From an uncultured Lachnospiraceae bacterium (GTDB lineage: Bacteria > Bacillota > Clostridia > Lachnospirales > CAG-274): a stretch of DNA of 26,659 bases. The notes beneath the pieces are model-generated. The model saw only the letters and a list, made by a program, of their open reading frames with translations. It had not been told where the DNA came from and ran no database searches. Made by a program: the position numbers and the translations under genes. The stretch spans positions 1 to 26,659 of the forward strand of contig CAYMAA010000010.1 in NCBI GenBank assembly GCA_964388305.1, written 5' to 3'. This document shows, in pieces, positions 16,366 through 25,929 of this stretch (position 1 is the stretch's first letter; every line of letters starts with the position of its first letter).

Positions 16366-17212
16366 TTGATGCTTTTCCTCCTATAATTTTTGTTAGGCTG
16401 TTTATTATAAGCACAGTTACAAGGAGTACCAATGCTATGCCGAAAGCGTTGTCATATTCCGCTTTTGCCATTTGCAAATACATTTGAATGGTGAGAGTGC
16501 CGCCGGGGTCTGCGATGTGACCTATAATTGCCTTTGGCAGAAGATAGCCGCTGCCTGCGGTAAACAAAAGCGCTGCGGATTCTCCCGCAATTCTGCCAAT
16601 GCTTAAAATTACTCCTGTTATAATTCCCGGCAAAGCGCAGGGGAGTATTATGGTTCTTATAATGTGCCACTTTGCCGCACCCATGCCCAAAGCGCCGCTG
16701 CGGTAGCTGTCGGGTACTGTTTTAAGAGATTCCTGAGTGGTGCGGATAATTATTGGCAGTACCATAAGGGAAAGGGTAAGGCAGCCGCAAATTATTGAAA
16801 AGCCAAGCTTTAGCGCAGCGCCGAAAAACACCATTCCGAAAAGACCGTAAATAATTGAGGGTATGCCCGAAAGGGTTTGTGCGGTAAATTCTATCAGCTT
16901 TACAAGCCTGCCCTTTTTGGCATATTCCGTTAAATAAACGGCGGCGCCTATGCCAATTGGTGCGGCAATAAGCAGTGTTATTACCACAATGTAAACAGTG
17001 TTAATTATGTTGCCGAGTATACCGAATGTGCCTTTAAGTGTGCCGGGTACCGTTGTTAAAAACTCCACGCTTAACGAGGACAGACCCCTTACAAGCACAT
17101 AGCCCATAATGCCCAAAAGCAGACCAACGGAAAATGCGGCGCTGAGCCATATAAAAGCCGTTAAAACAACATCTGAGGGCAAAATTCTTTTTTTGCAAAT
17201 TGAATCAGTCAT
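16355..17212 (-). CDS. pstA: Phosphate ABC transporter permease PstA
   Basis: Six-TM permease with an EAA-type loop. The ATG at 17212 (MTDSI) is preceded by GAAAGGGG and overlaps the pstC end by 8 nt; the ORF-track start at 17233 is a TTG. Confidence 0.88.
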   Translation of the reverse strand: MTDSICKKRILPSDVVLTAFIWLSAAFSVGLLLGIMGYVLVRGLSSLSVEFLTTVPGTLKGTFGILGNIINTVYIVVITLLIAAPIGIGAAVYLTEYAKKGRLVKLIEFTAQTLSGIPSIIYGLFGMVFFGAALKLGFSIICGCLTLSLMVLPIIIRTTQESLKTVPDSYRSGALGMGAAKWHIIRTIILPCALPGIITGVILSIGRIAGESAALLFTAGSGYLLPKAIIGHIADPGGTLTIQMYLQMAKAEYDNAFGIALVLLVTVLIINSLTKIIGGKASNEN

Positions 17213-18188
17213 TTTGTTTTGCCCCTTTCTCAAATATAATGTTTATAAATATGTTAATAAGCATTATAAACACAAACAGCACAAGACCTATTGTAAAAAG
17301 CGCCTGTCTGTGAAGTCCCGAGGAATAGGACATTTCCGAAACTATGCCCGTTGTTAAAAAACGCACGGAGTTAAACGGCAGGGGCATATTTACGGTATTG
17401 CCCGAAACAAGCACTATTGCCATTGCCTCGCCTATTGCCCTGCCAACACCCAAAACTATTGCGGTAACGATGCCGGACTTTGCGGCAGGAAGTACTATAT
17501 GGAATATTGTTTGAATTTTTGTTGCCCCAAGTCCGAGAGAAGCCTCTCTGAGCTGATTGGGAACGGCTCGCAGGGAGGTTTCCGACACATTTATAACCGT
17601 TGGAAGTATCATAACGGCAAGCACCAGTATGGCGGCAAGGAGGTTTGCCCCTCCCGTAAATGTATGGTTTGGGGAGCTTTTGAAAATTGCAAGCTCCAAT
17701 TTATACATAATAGGGTTTATAATTAAAAGTCCCAGCAGTCCGTAAACTATTGACGGTATGCCTGCAAGCAGCTCTATGGCAGGCTTTACTGCCTTGGCAA
17801 GCCTTTTGTTGGCTGTTTCCGAGAGAAAAACCGCCGTAAGCACCGCAATGGGTACGCCTAAAACTATTGCCGCAAGTGTGCCTATAATTGATGTAAGAAC
17901 TATGCAGGCTATGCCAAAATGCGGCTCTGCCGCCGTTGGCTGCCAAGTTGAACTGAAGAGAATATTGCCAATGCCTATTTTGAAAAGGGCGGGTGTGCCG
18001 GAAATTATCATATATGCGGTAATTGCGGCTACGGCAAAAACAGCGCACAAGCCGCACACCGTAAATATTATTTCCATAATTATCTCTATAATGCTTTTGG
18101 CATTGCCGCTGTGTTCCGTAATGGCTTGAGTATCGGCTTTTTGATGGATTTTTAAAGGTATTTCCGCAATATTATTCATATACATCAC
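17205..18188 (-). CDS. pstC: Phosphate ABC transporter permease PstC
   Basis: Multi-TM permease next to pstS. The start is ambiguous (GTG 18188, ATG 18185, ATG 18179); 18179 is best spaced from GGAG. Confidence 0.88.
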   Translation of the reverse strand: MMYMNNIAEIPLKIHQKADTQAITEHSGNAKSIIEIIMEIIFTVCGLCAVFAVAAITAYMIISGTPALFKIGIGNILFSSTWQPTAAEPHFGIACIVLTSIIGTLAAIVLGVPIAVLTAVFLSETANKRLAKAVKPAIELLAGIPSIVYGLLGLLIINPIMYKLELAIFKSSPNHTFTGGANLLAAILVLAVMILPTVINVSETSLRAVPNQLREASLGLGATKIQTIFHIVLPAAKSGIVTAIVLGVGRAIGEAMAIVLVSGNTVNMPLPFNSVRFLTTGIVSEMSYSSGLHRQALFTIGLVLFVFIMLINIFINIIFEKGAKQND

Positions 18189-18194
18189 TCCAAT

Positions 18195-19061
18195 TTATTT
18201 TGCTGAAATAAGACCTGCATCTGCTATAATTTTTTGACCCTCTTCACTGTTTATATAGTCAAAAAGCGCTTGTACCGCAGGGGACTGTTCGCTTATTTTG
18301 CCTTTTGTTGCCATAACAAAGGGGCGGCAAAGAAAGTATTTTCCTGCTTTTATGTTTTCCGGGGTTGCCTTGACGCCGTCTAAGCTTATTGGCTTAACGG
18401 TGTCATCAATTACATCTAATGAAACATAGCCTATAGAGCCGGGAGTGGATGCCACCTTTGCCATAACCGCACCTGTGGAGTCAATCTCCTGCGCGTATTT
18501 GCATTTGTCCTCAAGATCTAAAAGCTCTTCAAAGGCGCTTCTTGTTCCTGAGCCTGCCTCTCTGCCTATTACAACAATATTGCTGTCTGAGCCGCCTGCG
18601 TCTTTCCAGTTGGTTATTTCTCCGCTGTAAATTTTTGTGAGCTGCTTCTTTGAAAGGTTGGTTACGGGGTTTGACGTATCTGCAACCACACCTATGCCGT
18701 CTATTGCCACAATGTTTTCTTCAATGCCTGCCGCTTTTTCTTCATCTGTAAGATTACGGGAGGAGTTGCCTATGTCTGCCGTGCCGTTTGTTACCGCCTC
18801 AATGCCTGCTCCCGAGCCTGTAAACTCTGCCGTTGCGGTTACTTTGGGGTATTTTGCCATAAATGCCTCGTTTAGCGCAGTTGCAAGCTTTTCCATGGAG
18901 GTAGAGCCGCTCATGATAATTGTTCCGCCAACCTCTTCATCGGCAGATGCTGTTGTGCCTGCTGACGGGTCTTTCTCTTGTGAGCCTGCGCCTGTGCAGC
19001 CTGCGGCTATGTTTAATACAAAAATGGCTGATAATGCTGCTTTTAATAAATTCATTTTCAT
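18195..19061 (-). CDS. pstS: Phosphate ABC transporter substrate-binding lipoprotein PstS
   Basis: MKMNLLKAALSAIFVLNIAAGC lipoprotein signal, plus PBP motifs (GSTS, FTGSGAG, REAGSGT). The ATG at 19061 lies 9 nt after AAAGGAG; the ORF-track start at 19109 is a TTG. Confidence 0.9.
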   Translation of the reverse strand: MKMNLLKAALSAIFVLNIAAGCTGAGSQEKDPSAGTTASADEEVGGTIIMSGSTSMEKLATALNEAFMAKYPKVTATAEFTGSGAGIEAVTNGTADIGNSSRNLTDEEKAAGIEENIVAIDGIGVVADTSNPVTNLSKKQLTKIYSGEITNWKDAGGSDSNIVVIGREAGSGTRSAFEELLDLEDKCKYAQEIDSTGAVMAKVASTPGSIGYVSLDVIDDTVKPISLDGVKATPENIKAGKYFLCRPFVMATKGKISEQSPAVQALFDYINSEEGQKIIADAGLISAK

Positions 19062-19124
19062 TTTAAATTTCTCCTTTTTAAATTTGCTGAAGTTTTTTGT
19101 TTTACGCAAGAATTATATTATGGC

Positions 19125-19177
19125 ATTATGTTTTAAGCTATCTATTTTTTGTTAGAAATTTGTAAGGAGTTTGTTAA
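19125..19177 (-). promoter_or_regulatory. Pho-regulated pst promoter: three phased PhoP-type boxes plus a -10
   Basis: The minus strand reads TTAACAaactcCTTACAaatttCTAACA. The hexamers start at 19177, 19166 and 19155, an exact 11-bp phasing that matches the Bacillus TT(A/T/C)ACA Pho-box repeat. A CATAAT -10 (19130-19125) lies ~19 nt downstream. Confidence 0.65.
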
Positions 19178-19303
19178 GAATTTTGGGATATGCAGGTATT
19201 CTTTAAGTATAAGGCTTGTTTATATTACTACGCTGTAGCCGCTCTTTTCCCTGTGAACAGCCGATATGTACGGCTTTTAGGAAAGCATTGAGTACAAACA
19301 TCG

Positions 19304-19332
19304 TTGACTGTACACATATAAATAAGTAAAAT
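19304..19332 (+). promoter_or_regulatory. Candidate promoter of the MazG-like pseudogene (TTGACT-17-TAAAAT)
   Basis: TTGACT at 19304-19309, a 17-nt spacer, then TAAAAT at 19327-19332. It lies ~20 nt upstream of GGGAGG and the ATG. Confidence 0.5.
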
Positions 19333-19353
19333 AAAAATATGGGAGGAATTGAT

Positions 19354-19673
19354 ATGGAGGGAAAAACAACAGTAAAATATTTACAGCGGTATATAAAGCA
19401 AAAGGACTATCACCCCGAATTGTTAAAGGACTATTTTTTAAAGCTGTCCGAAGAGGTCGGGGGGAGCTTTCCCGTGCTATGAGAAAAGGGTTTAAAGCAT
19501 AAAACAGTAAAGATATAAAAGGGACTGTTGATGAGGAATTATGGGATGTAATTTATTATGCTATTGCCATCGCAAATTTATATGGTATTGATTTGGAGCA
19601 GGTTATAAAAGCCAAGGAAGAAATGAACAGACGAAAATATTCATCATCTGTTGTATTTGAAGAAAACAGATAA
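19354..19673 (+). pseudogene. MazG-like nucleotide pyrophosphohydrolase, disrupted by a frameshift and a nonsense codon
   Basis: - Frame 1: MEGKTTVKYLQRYIKQKDYHPELLKDYFLKLSEEVGG then stops at 19480-19482.
- The expected continuation, ELSRAMRKG, is in another frame from 19464, after a G6 run (19459-19464).
- An in-frame TAA at 19500 precedes IKGTVDEELWDVIYYAIAIANLYGIDLEQVIKAKEEMNRRKY. Confidence 0.75.
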
Positions 19674-19782
19674 TTTTATGTATAATTGTGCTTGTGCTTT
19701 GTTACGCTATGTACCAATAACCGCCAAGTAATATGCCCTGTTTAAAATACTATGGACTTATATGGCGGTTAGAAGTATAGGA

Positions 19783-21396
19783 TTACGGGTTTTCCGTAAT
19801 AATTTTTCTTAAAGGTAAAATAAATGACGGTGAAACGGAAAGCTCATCTATGCCGTAAGAAATAAAGAGGGAAGTGAGGGAGGTATCCGCTCCCAGCTCG
19901 CCGCATATTCCTGCCCATATACCTGCGGAATGTGCATTTTTAATTACTTTTTTAATTGAACGCAGCAGAGCAGGGTGGTGGGGGTTGTTTATATTATCCA
20001 GTTTGGGGTTTTGCCTGTCTATTGCCAATGTGTACTGAGCAAGGTCGTTTGTGCCTATGCTGAAAAAGTCCGCATATTTTGCAAGCTCGTCACTCATTAT
20101 TACTGCCGCCGGGGTTTCAATCATAACGCCCTGTTGTATGCCTTTATTATATTTAACTCCATCTCTGTCAAGCTCTTCCATAACCTCTTTTACAATTTCC
20201 TTTGCTTTTTTTACTTCCTCAACGGAAATTACCATTGGATACATTATTGAAATGTTGCCAAATGCGCTTGCCCTTAAAATTGCACGGAGCTGTGTTTTAA
20301 AAATGTCCTGTCTGTCCAAACAAATTCTTATGGCTCTGTAGCCCATGGCAGGGTTATCCTCTTTTCCCAAATTAAAATAATCCGCCTGTTTATCCGCGCC
20401 CAAATCCAAAGTTCTTATAATTACCTGCTTTCCTGCCATTGTTTCCGCAGCTTTTTTGTAAGCGGAAAACTGCTCTTCCTCCGTTGGAAAGCTTTTTGCG
20501 CCCAAATAGAGAAATTCACTTCTGAAAAGACCTATTCCATCCGCATCATTTTCCAAAACCGCTCCCAAGTCCTCGGGTTTGCCTATATTAGCATAAAGCT
20601 TTATTTTTTTGCCGCCTTTTGTAACGGTTTGTTTGCCTTTAAGAGTTTTTAAAAGCTCCTGTTTTTCTTTGTCGGCTCTTTTAATTTCCGTATATTCTTT
20701 AAGCGCTGCTTCGTCGGGTTCTATTATAAGAATACCCTTGTAACCGTCTGCTATGGCTGTTTTGCCCTGCCAGCTTTCATCAATGCTTATGCCTGTAATT
20801 GAGGGTATATTCATAGTTCTTGCAAGAATTGCCGTATGGGAGTTGGCTGAGCCTTGTTTTGTTACAAAAGCCAAAAGCTTGCTTTTATCAAGGCTGATTG
20901 TTTCACCCGGAGCCAAGTCATCTGCGGCAATTATGGAGGGCTTGGAAAGAGCTGCGGTATATGCCGAGCCTGTTAGAAGTGAAATAAGCCTTTCGGTTAT
21001 GTCCTTAACATCGGCGGCTCTTGCCTTAAAATATTCGTCCTCCATATTTGTAAAAATTTCAAAAAAATCATCACCTGTTTTTGCGGCGGCATATTCCGCA
21101 TTAACCTGCTGATTTTCAATTTTATCCCTTATGGCATTGTTAAAGTCCTCATCTTCAAGCATCATTTTATGCACTTCAAAAATTGCCGCATTTTCTTCCC
21201 CGACTTCTTTCAAGGCTTTTTCGTACAGCTTGTCAAGCTGTTTTTCCGCATTTGCTTTGGCCTCGTTAAATCTTTCAAGCTCCCGTGGAATGTCATATAT
21301 TTTAGTTCTTCTTACCTGTTGCTTTTTATCCTTCAAAAAAGAAATCTCGCCAATGGCAATCCCTCTGAAAATGGCTTTTCCGTTGTAAATTTTCAT
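19783..21396 (-). CDS. ptsI: Phosphoenolpyruvate-protein phosphotransferase (PTS Enzyme I)
   Basis: 537-aa protein with the active-site His region (GSANSHTAILAR) and a C-terminal PEP-utilising domain (IGTNDLAQYTLA). Confidence 0.95.
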   Translation of the reverse strand: MKIYNGKAIFRGIAIGEISFLKDKKQQVRRTKIYDIPRELERFNEAKANAEKQLDKLYEKALKEVGEENAAIFEVHKMMLEDEDFNNAIRDKIENQQVNAEYAAAKTGDDFFEIFTNMEDEYFKARAADVKDITERLISLLTGSAYTAALSKPSIIAADDLAPGETISLDKSKLLAFVTKQGSANSHTAILARTMNIPSITGISIDESWQGKTAIADGYKGILIIEPDEAALKEYTEIKRADKEKQELLKTLKGKQTVTKGGKKIKLYANIGKPEDLGAVLENDADGIGLFRSEFLYLGAKSFPTEEEQFSAYKKAAETMAGKQVIIRTLDLGADKQADYFNLGKEDNPAMGYRAIRICLDRQDIFKTQLRAILRASAFGNISIMYPMVISVEEVKKAKEIVKEVMEELDRDGVKYNKGIQQGVMIETPAAVIMSDELAKYADFFSIGTNDLAQYTLAIDRQNPKLDNINNPHHPALLRSIKKVIKNAHSAGIWAGICGELGADTSLTSLFISYGIDELSVSPSFILPLRKIITENP

Positions 21397-21414
21397 AATA
21401 TTACCTCACATACA

Positions 21415-21672
21415 TTATAAATTATTTTTAAAGAAGCTTTCCATTTCCAAAGCATCGGCTTTTTCGTTTTCTCCCGTAACCTGAACATTAATTTCATCGC
21501 CCTTTTTTATGCCGAGGCTCATAATTGCCATAAGCCTTGTTGCCTCGGCAGATTTGCCCCTTGCGTTTATAACTGTTTTGGAAGAAAGCTCCTTTGCCTT
21601 TTTTACCAACAGTGACGCAGGTCTTGCGTGAATACCCACACTGTCCTTTATTACATAATTAAAACCAACCAT
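21415..21672 (-). CDS. ptsH: Phosphocarrier protein HPr
   Basis: His15 motif GIHARPAS and the regulatory Ser46 context (GKSAEA...IMSLG). The ATG at 21672 lies 8 nt after GGAGG; the ORF-track GTG at 21681 lies inside the SD. Confidence 0.92.
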   Translation of the reverse strand: MVGFNYVIKDSVGIHARPASLLVKKAKELSSKTVINARGKSAEATRLMAIMSLGIKKGDEINVQVTGENEKADALEMESFFKNNL

Positions 21673-21703
21673 TAAAAGCACCTCCGCAAATTTTTAATAT
21701 TTA

Positions 21704-23809
21704 TTATTTAACATTTAAAATTTTATCTCCTGCTTTTATATTGCCTGTTATTATAAGTTCTGCTTCGTTAAAATCGTCTGTATTGGTAACTATTACAGGC
21801 GTAACGGTTTTGCAGCCTGCATTTTTAATTGCCTGCAAATCCGCTTCTCCCAGCAAATCTCCCGTTTTTATTCTTTGACCGCTGCTTACCTTCATTTTAA
21901 AAGGCTCTCCCTTTAAATTTACGGTTTCAAGTCCGATATGAATAAGCAGCTCTATTCCATCATCGGAAATAAGTCCCAAAGCGTGCTTTGTATCGTAAAC
22001 CATTTGTACCTTGCCGTTAAACGGCGCGTAAATTTTGCCGTTTTCAGGCTCTATGGCGGCGCCCTTTCCCAACATTTGCGCAGAAAATACCCCGTCATTT
22101 ATATCCGAAAGGGGTATTACCCTGCCCTGCATGGGCGCACACACAAAGCCGCCCGTTACATTCTTTTTAACGGCTTTGCTTTTATTAACAGCAGGCTCTT
22201 CATTGCCGCCTCCTGCAAGATAGTCCTCAAGATTGGATTTTATAACCGTTACGTTAGGGCCGTAAACAACCTGTACACCTTTGCCCTTGTGGATTACTCC
22301 CGATGCGCCTGTGGCTTTTAACGCAGCATCATCTACAAGGTCGGATTTTAAAACCGTTACTCTTAATCTTGTGGCACAGCAGTCTATATCGGAAATATTT
22401 TCTTTTCCGCCCAGTCCCTGAATTATTCTTGCGGAAACGGAATTGCTGCTTGAGGATGCTTTTGCGGCATTTACATCTGCTTTTGTATAGAGCTTTGTTT
22501 CCGTGTCATCGTCCTCCCTGCCCGGGGTTTTAAGATTATACTTTTTAATAAGAAATGTGAATATAAAGTAATACAGCAAAAAGTATATTATACCTGCGGG
22601 GATTATGCGCAGCCAGCTTGTTTTGGCATTTCCCTGCAATATGCCGAACAGGAAAAGGTCTATAAGTCCGCCGGAAAAGGTTAAGCCGACCGCAATGTTT
22701 AAAATGTGCGCCAGCATATAAGCCGTGCCTGCGAGTACTACCTGTACCGCAAAAAGCAGAGGAGCAACAAATAAAAATGAAAACTCAATAGGCTCGGTTA
22801 TGCCCGTAAACATACTTGCAAGGGCGGCGGAAAGGAGCAGGCCGCCCGCCTGCTTTTTCTTTTCAGGCTTTGCGCAGCGGTACATGGCAAGAGCCGCACC
22901 GGGCAAACCAAATATCATAAATATAAACTCTCCGGAAAAATATCTTGTGGCATCTGCACTGAAGTGGGTTATATTGGCGCTGTCAGCAAGCTGGGCGAAA
23001 AATATATTTTGTCCGCCCTCGTAAACCCTGCCTGCAACCTCGGCGGCGCCGCCAACGGCTGTTTGCCAAAAGGGCATATAAAAAACATGGTGCAAGCCAA
23101 AGGGTATAAGGGCTCTTTTTATAAGTCCGAAAATGAGTGTGCCAAAGTAACCCGTGCCTGTAACAAGACCGCCCAAGGCGTAAATGCCCGTTTGAACCGT
23201 AGGCCATATAAGCTCCATAAGTATGCCTGCAAACATATAAACAAGTGTGGAAATTATGGGAACAAACCTTGTGCCGCCAAAAAAGGAAAGCGCATTTGGC
23301 AGCTTTATTTTATAAAATCTGTTGTGGAGCGCGGCAACACCCAAACCCACTATTATACCTCCGAAAACACCCATTTGCAGGGATTGTATGCCGCATACGG
23401 AGGTTATTGTTCCGCTTAATACGTTTGAGGATACAGCGCCGTCGGGCAAAATAGAGCCTCTTATTTGCAGCATGGCATTTATGGAGGCGTTCATAACAAA
23501 ATAAGCTATTACGGAGGCAAGGGCGGCAACCTCTTTCTCTCTTTTTGCCATTCCCAAAGCAACACCAATGGCAAAAATAAGGGGCAGATTGTCAAAAATT
23601 ACGTTCGCCGCATTATTCATAACTACCAATAATGCGTGAAGTAATGTTCCCTCTCCCAAAATTGACGTTAAACGGTAGGTTTCTATTGTTGTTTGGTTTG
23701 TAAATGAACTGCCCAAGCCAAGCAGCAAGCCTGCAATAGGCAATATTGCAATGGGCAGCATAAAGGAGCGTCCGACCCTTTGCAGTGTGCTGAAAACTTT
23801 ATCTTTCAT
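21704..23809 (-). CDS. PTS EIICBA component, glucose/maltose/N-acetylglucosamine family
   Basis: 701-aa protein: an N-terminal EIIC membrane domain, an EIIB Cys motif (DIDCCATRLRV), and a C-terminal EIIA-Glc domain with its His region (LIHIGLETV). GGGAGG lies 7 nt upstream of the ATG. Confidence 0.9.
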   Translation of the reverse strand: MKDKVFSTLQRVGRSFMLPIAILPIAGLLLGLGSSFTNQTTIETYRLTSILGEGTLLHALLVVMNNAANVIFDNLPLIFAIGVALGMAKREKEVAALASVIAYFVMNASINAMLQIRGSILPDGAVSSNVLSGTITSVCGIQSLQMGVFGGIIVGLGVAALHNRFYKIKLPNALSFFGGTRFVPIISTLVYMFAGILMELIWPTVQTGIYALGGLVTGTGYFGTLIFGLIKRALIPFGLHHVFYMPFWQTAVGGAAEVAGRVYEGGQNIFFAQLADSANITHFSADATRYFSGEFIFMIFGLPGAALAMYRCAKPEKKKQAGGLLLSAALASMFTGITEPIEFSFLFVAPLLFAVQVVLAGTAYMLAHILNIAVGLTFSGGLIDLFLFGILQGNAKTSWLRIIPAGIIYFLLYYFIFTFLIKKYNLKTPGREDDDTETKLYTKADVNAAKASSSSNSVSARIIQGLGGKENISDIDCCATRLRVTVLKSDLVDDAALKATGASGVIHKGKGVQVVYGPNVTVIKSNLEDYLAGGGNEEPAVNKSKAVKKNVTGGFVCAPMQGRVIPLSDINDGVFSAQMLGKGAAIEPENGKIYAPFNGKVQMVYDTKHALGLISDDGIELLIHIGLETVNLKGEPFKMKVSSGQRIKTGDLLGEADLQAIKNAGCKTVTPVIVTNTDDFNEAELIITGNIKAGDKILNVK

Positions 23810-23913
23810 TGTACTTCCTCCCTTGTGTTAAAAATTGTACCATTAAAAGAATTATAGATGTTATTATTAGCTATCTTGAAAAAAATATGCTTTTAACAAT
23901 TTTAAAAAATTTG

Positions 23914-23942
23914 TTGATAGGTTTAAAAGAAAATGTTATAAT
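23914..23942 (+). promoter_or_regulatory. Candidate promoter of the GH105 gene (TTGATA-17-TATAAT)
   Basis: TTGATA at 23914-23919, a 17-nt spacer, then TATAAT at 23937-23942. The ~110-nt leader contains an 8-bp hairpin GGGGUUGC/GCAACCCC (24019-24039). Confidence 0.6.
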
Positions 23943-24060
23943 ATTTAAACCGGGCAGAAAAAACAATCTTAAAAATACTGAGAATTGCCGAAAGACTTTC
24001 AGTGAACGGTTATTGGGAGGGGTTGCGCAGTGCAACCCCCTTATATGCGGAGGTACGGAT

Positions 24061-25140
24061 ATGGATAAAAATATTTTGCTTAAATATGCGGAGGATATTG
24101 TAAAAACATTTATGAAAAGGTATAAAGCCGAGGAGCTTCCGCCCGCCAATAAATTTCATTACCACCAGGGTGTGTTTTTAAACGGTGTTGAACGGCTTTA
24201 TGCCATTACAGGCAATACTGAATACTACGACTATGTAAAGGCATATTGCGACAATTATATAGACAGTGACGGAAATTGCCCTCTTTGCGGATTAGACCAG
24301 TTTGACGATATGCAGCCTGCAGCGCTTTTGTTTTTGCTTTATAAAAAAACAGGTGATAAACGCTACAAGCTTTTTATGGACACAATAGCCGATGCAATAG
24401 AAAAATTCCCCAAAAATGCTTTAGGTGGAGTATGGCACAAGCTTAACCTAAAAAACCAAATGTGGCTGGACAGTATGTATATGATGGGTATTTTTACAGC
24501 TATGTACGGAAAGCGCTTTGGTGTGGATTATTTTGAAGATGTTGTTTACAGGCAGGCAGAGCTGATGTTTGAAAATATGAGAAGTGAAGAAACAGGCCTT
24601 TTGTACCATGCGTGGGACGACAGCAAACAGGCTGATTGGGCAAACCCTGTAACAGGCTGTTCCCAAAGCCATTGGGGCAGAGCTTTGGGTTGGTATGTTT
24701 CCGCCCTTTCGGAGCTTTGCGGAATTTGGGGAGCAAAAAGCCCTCATTATAACAAAATTGTGTTTATGTTAAACAGCGTTATAAAAGCCATAGCAAAATA
24801 TCAGGATGAAGAAACGGGCCTTTGGTATCAGGTGGTTGATAAAACGGATAGCAAGGGAAACTGGCTTGAAACAAGCTGCAGCGCTCTTTTTGTTTATGCC
24901 ATGGCAAAGGGCGTAAATGAGGGCGTGCTTGGCGCTGAATATATTGAAAATATTGAAAAAGGCTGTATGGGTGTTATCAGCCGCCTGCAAAATGACGGTG
25001 ATGATGTGCTTATAAACGGGGTTTGCAGAGGAACCGGAGTCGGAAGTGAAGAATTTTATTTTAAACGCCCTGTGGTTGTAAATGATTTGCACGGAGCAGG
25101 CGCTGTGCTTTATATGCTTTTGGAAACATTCTCTTTATAA
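24061..25140 (+). CDS. Unsaturated rhamnogalacturonyl hydrolase (GH105, YteR/YesR-like; GH88-related)
   Basis: Family-typical segments: HYHQGVFLNG, MWLDSMYM, HWGRALGWY. The ATG at 24061 lies 7 nt after GGAGG. The ORF-track start at 23809 runs through the promoter region and is not credible. Confidence 0.85.
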   Translation: MDKNILLKYAEDIVKTFMKRYKAEELPPANKFHYHQGVFLNGVERLYAITGNTEYYDYVKAYCDNYIDSDGNCPLCGLDQFDDMQPAALLFLLYKKTGDKRYKLFMDTIADAIEKFPKNALGGVWHKLNLKNQMWLDSMYMMGIFTAMYGKRFGVDYFEDVVYRQAELMFENMRSEETGLLYHAWDDSKQADWANPVTGCSQSHWGRALGWYVSALSELCGIWGAKSPHYNKIVFMLNSVIKAIAKYQDEETGLWYQVVDKTDSKGNWLETSCSALFVYAMAKGVNEGVLGAEYIENIEKGCMGVISRLQNDGDDVLINGVCRGTGVGSEEFYFKRPVVVNDLHGAGAVLYMLLETFSL

Positions 25141-25321
25141 TATTTAAAAATTATTTCAGTTTTTTAAAAGGAAAATCGGAGTTTGTATAGAATTTATATA
25201 ATAAGAGGATAAGGAGAGGCTGCTCCTGTTCACATTTAATAAAAAAATAAAAAAATAAGGAAACAGCATATACATATAAAAAACTAAACAGCAGTTTCCA
25301 TATATTTGGGAGGTAATTACA

Positions 25322-25732
25322 ATGGTGAAGTTGCTTGTATCCGCAAAAGGCGAGGGTAAAACCAAAAGGCTGATTGATATGGCTAACAAGGCTCAGCTGG
25401 AAGCAAGAGGAAATATTGTTTTTATAGATGATAACAGAAAGCATATTTATGATATTAATTCTGCTGTAAGATTTGTAGAAACATCTGATTGCGAATTTTA
25501 TAATTTTAGAGAATTTGTTGGCTATCTTTTGGGCATTCTCTCACAGAACAGCGATATTGAAAAGATTTTTGTAGACGGACTTTACAAGATTATTGAATCC
25601 TTGAGCGATGAGGATTTAGTTAAGCTTGTTAAAAGATTGGTAGTAATTTCAAAAACTCATGAGGTTGAGTTTATTATAGGAATGTCCAGCAGCAGCGATA
25701 TTCCCGGTGAAATTAAAGAATATATCATCTGA
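25322..25732 (+). CDS. Small hypothetical protein with a P-loop-like motif
   Basis: 136-aa ORF with GGGAGG 8 nt upstream. It has a near-Walker-A (SAKGEGKTK) followed ~25 residues later by a Walker-B-like IVFIDD. I do not recognise a family. Confidence 0.6.
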   Translation: MVKLLVSAKGEGKTKRLIDMANKAQLEARGNIVFIDDNRKHIYDINSAVRFVETSDCEFYNFREFVGYLLGILSQNSDIEKIFVDGLYKIIESLSDEDLVKLVKRLVVISKTHEVEFIIGMSSSSDIPGEIKEYII

Positions 25733-25754
25733 TTTACATGATTTTTGAAGTATC

Positions 25755-25783
25755 GGTTCCTGTGCAGAGCATAGGAACCTTTT
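25755..25783 (+). terminator. Rho-independent terminator after the small ORF
   Basis: GGTTCCT (25755-25761) pairs with AGGAACC (25773-25779) and is followed by TTTT. Confidence 0.65.
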
Positions 25784-25929
25784 AATATACAGCCATAGCT
25801 CGAAAAAGAACTGAATGAGAAGGAACTGAACAAAAATGAACGTAAACCGACAGTTAAAGCTCGAATAATTAACAGCATAAGATTGTTAAGTGACTTGCAG
25901 ACTTGTATATGGATAAGAGCTATGGTTAC

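Noticed and set aside
19719-19770. AACCGCCA...TGGCGGTT as a bidirectional terminator between the MazG pseudogene and ptsI.
   Set aside because: An 8-bp stem encloses a 36-nt loop and no clear U-tract follows on either strand. It may contribute to termination but is not a confident call.
23810-23940. A RAT/terminator (GlcT/LicT-type antitermination) element or cre site upstream of the PTS EIICBA-ptsH-ptsI operon.
   Set aside because: The leader appears short, with candidate -10s (TATAAT or TGgTACAAT) close to the RBS. I see no RAT-like hairpin overlapping a terminator and no convincing TGWAANCGNTNWCA match.
23809-24060. The ORF-track N-terminal extension of the GH105 gene (443 aa, starting at 23809).
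   Set aside because: The extension runs through the TTGATA-17-TATAAT promoter and an AT-rich leader, its composition is implausible, and homology starts at MDKNILLKYAEDI (24061), which has a proper RBS.
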